From NCBI GenBank assembly GCA_038245905.1, contig JBBRRY010000002.1, positions 32,001 through 96,000 of the forward strand: a DNA stretch of 64,000 nt, read 5' to 3'. The position numbers and the translations under genes are program-made. This stretch comes from Thermoanaerobaculia bacterium (GTDB lineage: Bacteria; Acidobacteriota; Thermoanaerobaculia; UBA5066). The notes beneath the pieces are model-generated. The model worked only from the letters and a program-made list of their open reading frames with translations. It searched no databases and was not told where the DNA came from. Of the stretch, positions 9,049 through 17,196 are shown one piece after another. Numbering within the stretch: position 1 is the first letter of the stretch; each line of letters starts with the position of its first letter.

Positions 9049-10821
9049 TCAGCCGGCCGCGGGCAGCGTGAGAACGAATCGCGCGCCGGAAAGCGCGCGT
9101 GAGCTCTCGACGGTCACGGCGCCGCCGTGGAGAAGCGCGATCTTGGCGACGAGAGCGAGGCCGAGCCCCGTCCCGGTGTCTTTCGTGGAATAGAAAGGGA
9201 CGAAGAGCTTCCCGGCGGCCTCTTCGGGCACTCCCGGGCCGTCGTCCTCGACCGCGATCCGCGCGAAGCCGGCCGCCGCGCCCTCGCCGCAGAGGACGAC
9301 GCGGCCCGCGCGGCCGCCCGCGGCCGCGGCCTCGCATGCGTTCTTCACCAGATTCACGAGCGCGCGCCGCACGAGGGCCGGGTCGGCGATCGCGGGCGCG
9401 AACGTCCCCGCTGCTTCCACGCGGACACCGGGCGTCAAAACGCGCTGCTCCTCGGCGATCTCGAGCGCGAGCGCGCGGAGGTCGCACAGGCCGGCCTCGA
9501 GCCGCTCGGGCCTCGCGAAAAAGAGGAAGTCGCCTGTCACGCGCGCCACGTGCTCGGCCTCGGCCTGGATCGCGTCGAGCTGGCGCCCGCGTGCCGCGGG
9601 ATCGCTCGTCTTCGCGGCGAGGCGCGCCCATCCGAGAATCGTGCCCGTCGCGTTGCGAAACTCGTGCGCAATGCCCGCTGACATCTCGCCGAGAGCCGCA
9701 AGCTCGCGGCGGGACGAGAGCTCCCGCTCGAGACGCCGCGTGTTCGTGCGGTCCTCGAGGAACAGCAGGATGCCCATGATGGATTTTCCAGAGTCGAGGA
9801 TCGGGACGGCCGTCAGCTCGAGCAGGCGCGCGCCCGCTCCCGTTCCGATCGCCAGCTCCAGGGAAAGAGTCGGCGAGCCCTTCCGCGCGGCCTCCGCCGC
9901 CGCGCGGAGAGCGGGCACCGCGTCGATCGCCGCCTCGGCTCCCTCGGCAAGAGCTCCCTCGCCGAGGCCGAGGAACTCGCGGGCGGGAGCATTCGCCTGC
10001 GTCAGGCGGCCCGCGGCGTCCACCACCACGAGCCCGCCCGGGTGCGAGCGCACGAGCGTCTCGGCCGTCACCGCGAGGTCGTCCGCGCGCCGCTTTTCGG
10101 AACGGCGGAGCCCTTCCAGCTCGACCGTGCGTTTCTTCAGCTCCTCGACCGTGCGTTGGAACGTGGCGATCGCCGTCTCGGCTTCGTCGCTGCCGGCTCG
10201 CGCCGCCGGCACGAGGCCTCCGACTCCGCGTGCCGTCTCCGTGAGGGCGTCGATCGGTTCCGAAAGGCGCCGGAGGAACGGCACCACGAGAAGAACGAGG
10301 ACGCACGCGGCCGCGGGCACCGCGATCGAGAGGATGCGGGCATTGCGGCGGGCCTCCGCGATCGACGCTCCGTCCCAGACGACCCTCAGTATCCGCGTCT
10401 CTCCCGAAAGGGCGACGGTGATCGACGGAGCTCCGCGTTCGCCCCCCGCCACGACGGGCTCCGGAGAGGGCCGCTCGCCGGCCGGCAGCACGGCGGGCGC
10501 GAGCCCCGCGTCCGGGAGGAACTGGGCCTCGACGATGCGCTCTCCGCGCGCGTCGTAGAGCGCCGCCCCCCGCGCGTTCAGCTCGCGGAGAATCCGCGTA
10601 AGGGGCGCATCCGAGGCAAGCGCGAGCGCGGCGTCCGGCGTTCGGGCTAGGCGGTCCGCGACCGCGCGCGTTTCCACGGTCAGGCGCCGGAGATTCTCGC
10701 CGGCGCCCCACTCCGCGGTGTTCCGGAGCACGACGACGGCCGCGCCGGCGAGAAAGAGCAGCGTCGCGAGCCCGCCCACGATCACGATGCGCACCTCGCG
10801 CTCGAACCCGCGATCCGTCAT
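9049..10821 (-). CDS. Membrane sensor histidine kinase (2 TM, HAMP, PAS, HisKA, HATPase), PilS/NtrB-like
   Basis: LGEMSAGIAHEFRN H-box, NLVKNACEA N-box, DDGPG, FVPFYSTK, GTGLGL; PAS-like 'GLVVVDAAGRLTQAN'. Confidence 0.9.
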   Translation of the reverse strand: MTDRGFEREVRIVIVGGLATLLFLAGAAVVVLRNTAEWGAGENLRRLTVETRAVADRLARTPDAALALASDAPLTRILRELNARGAALYDARGERIVEAQFLPDAGLAPAVLPAGERPSPEPVVAGGERGAPSITVALSGETRILRVVWDGASIAEARRNARILSIAVPAAACVLVLLVVPFLRRLSEPIDALTETARGVGGLVPAARAGSDEAETAIATFQRTVEELKKRTVELEGLRRSEKRRADDLAVTAETLVRSHPGGLVVVDAAGRLTQANAPAREFLGLGEGALAEGAEAAIDAVPALRAAAEAARKGSPTLSLELAIGTGAGARLLELTAVPILDSGKSIMGILLFLEDRTNTRRLERELSSRRELAALGEMSAGIAHEFRNATGTILGWARLAAKTSDPAARGRQLDAIQAEAEHVARVTGDFLFFARPERLEAGLCDLRALALEIAEEQRVLTPGVRVEAAGTFAPAIADPALVRRALVNLVKNACEAAAAGGRAGRVVLCGEGAAAGFARIAVEDDGPGVPEEAAGKLFVPFYSTKDTGTGLGLALVAKIALLHGGAVTVESSRALSGARFVLTLPAAG

Positions 10822-11996
10822 GGCAGGAGCCTCGGAACCCAGGGCAGCCCCCCGGCGATCGCGTCCCAGGCCGGGCGACCGGCCACGAACGCCACGAGCT
10901 CACCGCAGGCGAGAAAGACACCGAACGGCACGTCGACGCGCGCGAGAAGCACGAGGAGCCCGCCCGGCGTCGCCTCGGCACGCGCCGCGAGAACCCGGAA
11001 GAAGTCGGCGCCGTCGTCGAGCGCGAGGCGCCCGTGCGCGGCCCGCTCGCCGCGCCGGGCCCGCGTCCTCGCGAGCCGGACGAACGCGAGGAGCCGGCCG
11101 GCCGTCGGGACGTCCGCCGCGAGCCGATTTCCTTCGGCTGCGGCCCCCGGAATCTCGCGGAAGCGTGCCGAGGCCGAAAGGACGCGGCCGTCCTCCCCGA
11201 TGAGAAGCCCGGAACGTGCCGCCACCGCGCGAGCGGCCGAGGACGACGCGCGCGCGCGCCGCGCTTCGAGGGACCAGCGGAGCGCGCGCAGGAGCGTCGC
11301 GCCGCCCGCCACGACCGTGCCCGCGAGAGAGGCGAAAAAGAGCGTGAGAAAGACGCCCGCGGGTCCCGTGAACGCTCCCGCCATCGCGAGCATCTTCACG
11401 TCGCCTGCGCCCATGCCTTCCTGCCCACGCAGCCGTGCGTAGGCGCGGCGAACCCCTTCGAGAAAGAGCGCACCCAGGAGCGCCCCGAGGACCGCCTCGG
11501 CGAGGTGGCTCCCGGCCACCGCCCCCGCGAGATCGCGCCCCGAAGCCGGCGCGATGCGGTCGCGGAGCGCCGCGAGGACGAGGCCAAGCGCGAGAGTCCC
11601 GAGAGTCACCTCGTCGGGCAGCGTGCGCGCCTCGAGGTCGGTGGCCGCGAGGATCACCGACGCCGCTGCGAGAAAGGACGCCGAGGCCGCGACGAGCGTG
11701 GGCCCGTAGAGGAAGCCTGCCGCGAGAAAAAGCACCGCCACGAGCAGCTCGACGAGCGGGTAGCGGAGCGGGATGCGTGCGTCGCAGCGGCGGCAACGGC
11801 CGCGGAGAAGGAGCCAGGACACGACGGGCACGTTGTCGAAGAACGCGACGGGCTCCCCGCAGGACGGGCAATGCGAACCCGGGTAGACGACCGAAAGCCC
11901 GCGCGGCAGCCGGTGGATGCATACGTTCGCGAAGGAGCCCACGATCGCGCCCGTCGCGAAGAAGAGGCCCAGGAGGACGCCGTCGACGGCGCTCAC
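10818..11996 (-). CDS. pilD: Prepilin peptidase/N-methyltransferase with an internal insertion
   Basis: GSFANVCIHRLP, SHCPSC...GRCRRC Zn motifs, ATDLEARTLPD, GMGAGDVKM, terminal VPFGVFLA. Confidence 0.92.
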   Translation of the reverse strand: MSAVDGVLLGLFFATGAIVGSFANVCIHRLPRGLSVVYPGSHCPSCGEPVAFFDNVPVVSWLLLRGRCRRCDARIPLRYPLVELLVAVLFLAAGFLYGPTLVAASASFLAAASVILAATDLEARTLPDEVTLGTLALGLVLAALRDRIAPASGRDLAGAVAGSHLAEAVLGALLGALFLEGVRRAYARLRGQEGMGAGDVKMLAMAGAFTGPAGVFLTLFFASLAGTVVAGGATLLRALRWSLEARRARASSSAARAVAARSGLLIGEDGRVLSASARFREIPGAAAEGNRLAADVPTAGRLLAFVRLARTRARRGERAAHGRLALDDGADFFRVLAARAEATPGGLLVLLARVDVPFGVFLACGELVAFVAGRPAWDAIAGGLPWVPRLLP

Positions 11997-14290
11997 GCGC
12001 GACTCTTTCCCGCGAGAACGAGGCCGAGGAGCACGACGAGTGACGCGATCGAAATCGCCGCGCCCACGCGGAAAGAGATCGGGCGGTAGACGAGCTCGAG
12101 GCGGTGGGCGCCCGCCGGCAGGAGCACCGCCGAAAGGGCGAGGTCCGCCCGGCGGAGCGCGACGCCCTGCCCGTCCACGGACGCCTCCCAGCCGCGATCG
12201 TACGCGCGCGTGAGGACGAGGAAGCCCGCCTCGGAAGCCTCGACGTCGACCCTCAGGAGCTCGGGCGCATCCGACACGACGCGCGCGACCGAGAAGCTCC
12301 TCCCCGAGCGCGAAAGTGGAAGGGGTCCGGCGGGAGGAGCGACGAGGACGACAGCCTCCGGGTCGAAATCCGGCGTGGCAAGGGCATGAAAGGCGTCGTC
12401 GTCATCCGCCTCCCGCGCCGACCGCGCGAAAAAAACGCGCCCCTGCGGCCGCGAGAGGGCGTAGAGGAAGACGCCGCCGCCCTGCCGCTCGAGCCGGGCT
12501 CCGGGAATTGCCGCCGGAAACGGCGACACGATATGCCGCACGTCCGCTAGCGAGAGAATCGTGCCCGCGTTTCCCCCCGAGAGCGCGGCGCCGAGGAGGC
12601 GCCTGCGCCAGGGGTTCCCGATGGGCGACGGCGACGCCGCAGAGGAAAGGCCGAGGGGCAGGTTCGTGTAGCCCGAGAGTGCGGCCCGCGCCCGCGCCGC
12701 GGCCTCGCCTCCCCACTCACCGCCCGTCTCGCGGCCGAGCGCGAGGAGTGCCGCCCCGTCCGAGGCGAAGGGAAAAACTCGACCCGGCGCTCCGGTCAGT
12801 CCCGCGACGAGAGGCGGCGAACCCTCGAGCCTGGCGGGCGCGAAGAGGCCGGCCGTCGCGCCGGCGAGAGGAAGCGCCACGAGCACGATGAGAAGGGCGC
12901 CCGAACGCGCGGGACCCGGCCGCCCGGTCATGCGAACGGACGCGAGCAGAATCCCGCCGGCAGCCGCAGCGATAAGCGTCGCCCGGGCCGTCACACCCGT
13001 TGCTCGCCCGGCCGCGAGCCCCGCGCACAGAAGTGCGACCGTGATCGCCGCGAAGACGAAGAGGGGTGCGAGACGGGCCGCGGCCGGCGCCGACACGCGG
13101 GCGCCGTCTTCCGGTTCGAGACTCTTTGGCCACGTGAATATCCGTCCGTATCGCCAGCCGTCGAGGCCGGCGCCCGCGAGACCCGCGAGAGCGAACAGCG
13201 TGAGGACGAACCAGCGCGCGGGGAACCTTATGCCGCGCGCGATTCCCAGATCCCAAAGAACCGGGAGTAGCCCTCCCCGCGCCCCAAGAGCGAGCAAGAG
13301 GCCGACGAGCGCGAGAATCGCAAGCCCCGCGAGCAGCCGCGGCCGCGCCGCCAACCCAGCGCCCGCCCCCGCCGCGAGGACGAGCACGAGCGGAGACAGC
13401 GCGAGCGTCGCGAGGTAGCCGCCCCGCCCAGGCTCCGGACGGAGCGTCAGGGCGTCGGGCGGCGGCAGGACGAGATCGAGAAAATCCGACGATCCGACGG
13501 GACGTGCGAGCGCCTCGGCGCGGGTTACGCCCAGCAGCCGTCCGGAGGACGCGGCGTATTCGAAGAAGGGAAGCGCCGTGGCCGCCGCCAGGGTCGCGCC
13601 GAGAAGAAGCCCTCCAAGGAGCCGCACGAACGGCCTGCCCGAATCGACTGTTCCGGCCGGCTCCTCGCGCCGCGTGAAGAATGCAAGAAGGACCGCACCC
13701 GCCGCGCCCGCGACCGCGACGGACGGCTCCCCGCCGAGGAACGAGAGAGCGAAGGCAACCGCGAGCCCCGCAGGCGAGCCGCCCGCTGCCGCGTAACGCG
13801 CCGCGGCGAAGAGCCAGGGGAGGAACGCCGCCGTTTCGAAGTTGTTGTACACGAGCGCGAGCGACAGGAACGCACCGCCCCCCACGTACGCCGACGCGCC
13901 GAGGAGCGCCCCCGCGCGCGAGGCGCCGAGGCCGAACAACCAGACCGCCATTCCGGACGAGGCGATCGCAAGATGGATGGCGATGCTCAGGAGCGGCCCC
14001 CAGATGCCAGGGAGCAGGAACGGAAAGTCCACCGGGTTGAGTACGCCGGACTGGAGCTGAGCGATCCACGGCTCTCCACACCCCGACAGGGGATTCCAGA
14101 GAGGCATGCCGGAGGCCCAGCGCACGGCTGTGTAGGCCTTCATCGGCCAGAAGAAATCGGCGAGGTCTCCGCGCGCGGGCAGCCCGCCCGAAAACACGCT
14201 CGGCACCAGGAATACCGCCGCGAACGCGAGCCCCATGGCGCCGCCCAGGAGCGCCGTCCGTCCCGTCGTCCCGCGGCCTTGCACCGTCAC
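11993..14290 (-). CDS. YfhO-family polytopic membrane protein (GT-C-type glycosyltransferase-like); start uncertain (GTG 14290 or ATG 14236)
   Basis: GDLADFFWPMK...PLWNPLSGCGEP N-terminal motif, many TM segments, IRFPARW, C-terminal 'FLVLTRAYDRGWEASVDG...LPAGAHRLELVYRP'. Confidence 0.8.
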   Translation of the reverse strand: MTVQGRGTTGRTALLGGAMGLAFAAVFLVPSVFSGGLPARGDLADFFWPMKAYTAVRWASGMPLWNPLSGCGEPWIAQLQSGVLNPVDFPFLLPGIWGPLLSIAIHLAIASSGMAVWLFGLGASRAGALLGASAYVGGGAFLSLALVYNNFETAAFLPWLFAAARYAAAGGSPAGLAVAFALSFLGGEPSVAVAGAAGAVLLAFFTRREEPAGTVDSGRPFVRLLGGLLLGATLAAATALPFFEYAASSGRLLGVTRAEALARPVGSSDFLDLVLPPPDALTLRPEPGRGGYLATLALSPLVLVLAAGAGAGLAARPRLLAGLAILALVGLLLALGARGGLLPVLWDLGIARGIRFPARWFVLTLFALAGLAGAGLDGWRYGRIFTWPKSLEPEDGARVSAPAAARLAPLFVFAAITVALLCAGLAAGRATGVTARATLIAAAAGGILLASVRMTGRPGPARSGALLIVLVALPLAGATAGLFAPARLEGSPPLVAGLTGAPGRVFPFASDGAALLALGRETGGEWGGEAAARARAALSGYTNLPLGLSSAASPSPIGNPWRRRLLGAALSGGNAGTILSLADVRHIVSPFPAAIPGARLERQGGGVFLYALSRPQGRVFFARSAREADDDDAFHALATPDFDPEAVVLVAPPAGPLPLSRSGRSFSVARVVSDAPELLRVDVEASEAGFLVLTRAYDRGWEASVDGQGVALRRADLALSAVLLPAGAHRLELVYRPISFRVGAAISIASLVVLLGLVLAGKSRA

Positions 14291-14304
14291 GATTCTAGGC
14301 CCGG

Positions 14305-14334
14305 AAAAGAAAAGAGCCCCCAAGAGGGGGCTCT
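14305..14334 (-). terminator. Rho-independent terminator after the pilin gene
   Basis: AGAGCCCCC-AAGA-GGGGGCTCT perfect 9-bp stem; the minus strand continues into a T-rich tail; about 27 bp after the pilin stop. Confidence 0.85.
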
Positions 14335-14360
14335 CGAATCGGGACTCAGCGGGAGGACGA

Positions 14361-14867
14361 TTACCGCTGCGCGCCCGCGGGGTATTGGACGAACTGGCCG
14401 TTGAAGAAGACGATGTCGTCGTTGAAGTTCGTCGTCTCACCGCCGACGTAGGTACCCGGTGCGCCGTCTTTGCCGTTGGACGCCATGGCATAGGCCTGCG
14501 GGTTGGCCCCGCTGTTCCCGTACAGGAAGTACGAGCTCCAACCGTCCACGACGGGCAGGAGGCGGATGTAGGTCGGCGCGACCTGTTTGTTGAATCCGCT
14601 GTTGGGGGCGCCGAACGACGTCGTCGGGAGACCCATACCCGAAGGAAGGGTCACCGCGGCCGCGGCCGGATAGTGGTTGAAATCGACGGCATACGCCTCG
14701 GCGGCCGTGCCCGCGGAGCGCAAGTCGGCCATCGTCCTCTTCTGCTTGGCGCGCTGGATGGCGTTGAGCAGGTTCGGAATGGCGATCGCGACGATGATGC
14801 CGATGATCGCGACGACGATCAAGAGCTCGATCAGCGTGAAGCCTTTGTTTTGGTTCCTCTTCTTCAT
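14361..14867 (-). CDS. Major-type type IV pilin (PilA/GspG-like)
   Basis: MKKRNQNKG|FTLIELLIVVAIIGIIVAIAIPNLL; strong RBS (AGGAGG); own terminator; 'DGWSSYFLY...MASNGKDG' GspG-like C-terminal motif. Confidence 0.9.
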   Translation of the reverse strand: MKKRNQNKGFTLIELLIVVAIIGIIVAIAIPNLLNAIQRAKQKRTMADLRSAGTAAEAYAVDFNHYPAAAAVTLPSGMGLPTTSFGAPNSGFNKQVAPTYIRLLPVVDGWSSYFLYGNSGANPQAYAMASNGKDGAPGTYVGGETTNFNDDIVFFNGQFVQYPAGAQR

Positions 14868-14898
14868 GAAAATAACCCTCCTAGTTCCCTGCTCTGCT

Positions 14899-14914
14899 TT
14901 CAAGACGCGTGCCG
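14899..14914 (-). promoter_or_regulatory. Candidate sigma54-type promoter with non-canonical -12 (TTGA)
   Basis: Minus strand CGGCACGCGTCTTGAA, about 32 bp upstream of the pilin ATG; the same GGCACG-N4-TTGA occurs upstream of the second pilin. Confidence 0.55.
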
Positions 14915-15041
14915 TAGCCCTCCGAGGCTGAAACGGGCTCGTTCGGCAAGGATTTCGGCCCGAACAAGGGCGCCACGACGAATTTTTGTCAGAGAAGGCG
15001 GGAAGGGCGGGCCACCGTTTGTCGGGCCGCGGATGCTTCTC

Positions 15042-15527
15042 TCATCGCTGCGCGCCGTCGGGAAACTGCACGAACGTCCCGTCCACGAGAATGATGTCGG
15101 CGTTGAAATTCGTCGTCGCACCACCCAGGGGGCTCGTTTCCGGGACGCCGTCCGCACCCGTGGAGCAGAGGGCGAAGTCGCTCCGCGACACGCTCGTCCC
15201 GTAGAGGAAAAACGAGCTCCATCCGTCCACCAGCGGCACCCCGCGGATGTAGGTCGGACCGAGCGAGCCGGAGATCGCCCCGATCGTGCCGGTGGGCAGC
15301 GAAAGCCCCGACGGCAGAGAGAATGCCGCCGCGGCTGGATAGAAATTCTGGTCTGTGGCGTATGCCTCGATGGCGGTCGCGATCGTCTTCATGTCGCCCA
15401 TCGAACGCTTCTGTTTCGCGCGCTGAATCGCGTTGATCATGTTCACGATCGCGATGGCGGCGATGATGCCGATGATCGCCACGACGATCAATAGCTCGAT
15501 GAGAGTGAATCCCCGGCGTCTCGGCAT
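15042..15527 (-). CDS. Second type IV pilin paralog
   Basis: MPRRRG|FTLIELLIVVAIIGIIAAIAIVNMINAIQRAKQKR; clearly paralogous to 14361-14867 (shared TYIR, VDGWSS, GADG/GKDG, TTNFN, GAQR end). Confidence 0.9.
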   Translation of the reverse strand: MPRRRGFTLIELLIVVAIIGIIAAIAIVNMINAIQRAKQKRSMGDMKTIATAIEAYATDQNFYPAAAAFSLPSGLSLPTGTIGAISGSLGPTYIRGVPLVDGWSSFFLYGTSVSRSDFALCSTGADGVPETSPLGGATTNFNADIILVDGTFVQFPDGAQR

Positions 15528-15559
15528 GCTCCCTCGTAACCCGAATTCCCGGAAAAGCA

Positions 15560-15575
15560 CTCAAGAAGCGTGCCT
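15560..15575 (-). promoter_or_regulatory. Candidate sigma54-type promoter with non-canonical -12 (TTGA)
   Basis: Minus strand AGGCACGCTTCTTGAG, about 33 bp upstream of ATG 15527. Confidence 0.55.
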
Positions 15576-15618
15576 CGAATCGGGCGCCTCGGGAAATGGC
15601 CTTTAGAATAGGTCCAAC

Positions 15619-17154
15619 GTGATCCCGCGACCACCCTTCGCGTCCGCCCTCACTCTCGAGCAGGAACTGGCTGAATTCGAGACCCTGAAACCGCGCCTGG
15701 CCGAAGTCTGGGATTCGATTTCCGGGCGTGACGATCAGCCCCATACCTCGGTCGTTGTGCCGTCGCTCACGCTGGACCAGGCGGAAATGAAAAAGCTCGA
15801 CGGCGCCAGCTTTTACGAGGAAAGACTCCTTTTTCTCCTCATCCGGCTGCGCAACCCACGGGCACGCGTTGTTTTCGTGACCTCTCAGCCCGTTCATCCC
15901 CTCGTCCTCGAGTACTACTTCCAGCTCCTCGTCGGCATTCCCGCGAGCCACGCGCGCGGCAGGCTCACGCTCCTCTGCGCCCATGACGCCTCGCCCCGCT
16001 CGCTTACGGAGAAGATCCTGGAACGGCCGCGCCTCATCGAGCGCATCCGGCAAGGGATCCCCGATCGTTCGCGCGCGTATCTGACCGTCTTCAACTCGAC
16101 GCCGCTCGAGCGAAAGCTCGCCGTTCTCCTCGGCGTGCCCCTGAATGGCGTCGACCCCGCCCTCAACTCGTACGGAACGAAGTCCGGAAGCCGGAAGATC
16201 TTCCGGGAGGCCGGCGTACCCGTGCCGGACGGCTTCGAGGACCTGAGGGACGATGCCGACATCGAGGCGGCACTCGTCGCGCTCAAGGAGCGAAACCCTG
16301 CCCTCCGCCGAGCGGTCGTGAAGCTGAACGACAGCTTCTCGGGCGAAGGCAACGCGGTCTTCCGCTACCCGGAGACGGGACACCTCGGCGATGCGGTCCA
16401 CGCGACGCTCCCGAACGTCGAGTTCTCGGTGCCATGGGAGACCTGGGACGATTACCACGGCAAGTTCCGCAGGATGGGCGGGATCGCAGAAGAATTTCTC
16501 GAGGCGCCGCAAAAGATGTCGCCCAGCGTTCAGTTGCGCAGCGACCCGCATGGCGGCGTGATCCCGATCTCCACGCACGATCAGATCCTGGGCGGTCCGA
16601 GCGGACAGGTTTTCCTCGGCTGCCTCTTCCCCGCCGCGGACGACTACCGAATGCTCATCCACGACGCGGCGATGCGCATCGGCAAGGTCCTCGCCGCGAA
16701 GGGCGTCGTGAGCCGGTTCGCCGTCGACTTCCTCGTGACGCGGGAGAGCGACGATCTTCCCTGGAAGGCCTGGGCCCTCGAGATCAACCTCCGCATGGGA
16801 GGAACGACGCACCCGTACCTCGCGCTCCAGTTCCTGACGGGCGGGCAGCTCGACCCCGGAACGGGCCTCTTCCATTCGCCGCGCCGCTCGCCGAAGTTCT
16901 ACCGCGCCACGGACAACCTGCAGTCGGAGACGTTCCGCGGACTCCTGCCCGAGGATCTCATCGAGATCGTCACGATCAACTCCCTCCACTACAGCCACAA
17001 CTCCGAGTCGGGCGTGCTCTTTCATCTCATCGGGGCGCTCTCGGAATACGGGAAGCTCGGAATGACGGCCATCGGGAACACGCGCGAGGAGGTCGAGGCG
17101 ATCTACGGCAAGACCCTCCGGATTCTCGACCACGAGGCCGGCATGGGCCGGTAA
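15619..17154 (+). CDS. PGM1-related pre-ATP-grasp/ATP-grasp peptide ligase-like protein
   Basis: VVVPSLTLD, YEERLLFLL, GTKSGSRKIF, VVKLNDSFSGEGNA, SPSVQ, STHDQILGG, EINLRMGGTTHP, YRATDN, GVLFHL. Confidence 0.75.
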   Translation: MIPRPPFASALTLEQELAEFETLKPRLAEVWDSISGRDDQPHTSVVVPSLTLDQAEMKKLDGASFYEERLLFLLIRLRNPRARVVFVTSQPVHPLVLEYYFQLLVGIPASHARGRLTLLCAHDASPRSLTEKILERPRLIERIRQGIPDRSRAYLTVFNSTPLERKLAVLLGVPLNGVDPALNSYGTKSGSRKIFREAGVPVPDGFEDLRDDADIEAALVALKERNPALRRAVVKLNDSFSGEGNAVFRYPETGHLGDAVHATLPNVEFSVPWETWDDYHGKFRRMGGIAEEFLEAPQKMSPSVQLRSDPHGGVIPISTHDQILGGPSGQVFLGCLFPAADDYRMLIHDAAMRIGKVLAAKGVVSRFAVDFLVTRESDDLPWKAWALEINLRMGGTTHPYLALQFLTGGQLDPGTGLFHSPRRSPKFYRATDNLQSETFRGLLPEDLIEIVTINSLHYSHNSESGVLFHLIGALSEYGKLGMTAIGNTREEVEAIYGKTLRILDHEAGMGR

Positions 17155-17196
17155 GAAGAGGCCCTTGAGCGCCAAAGGGCGGGATAGCATCCTCAA

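Noticed and set aside
7817-10981. Very long alternative-frame ORFs (for example 1054 aa here, 14989-17553, 29460-32177)
   Set aside because: Arg/Ala/Gly-rich shadow frames expected at 70% GC; they overlap well-supported genes and have no motifs.
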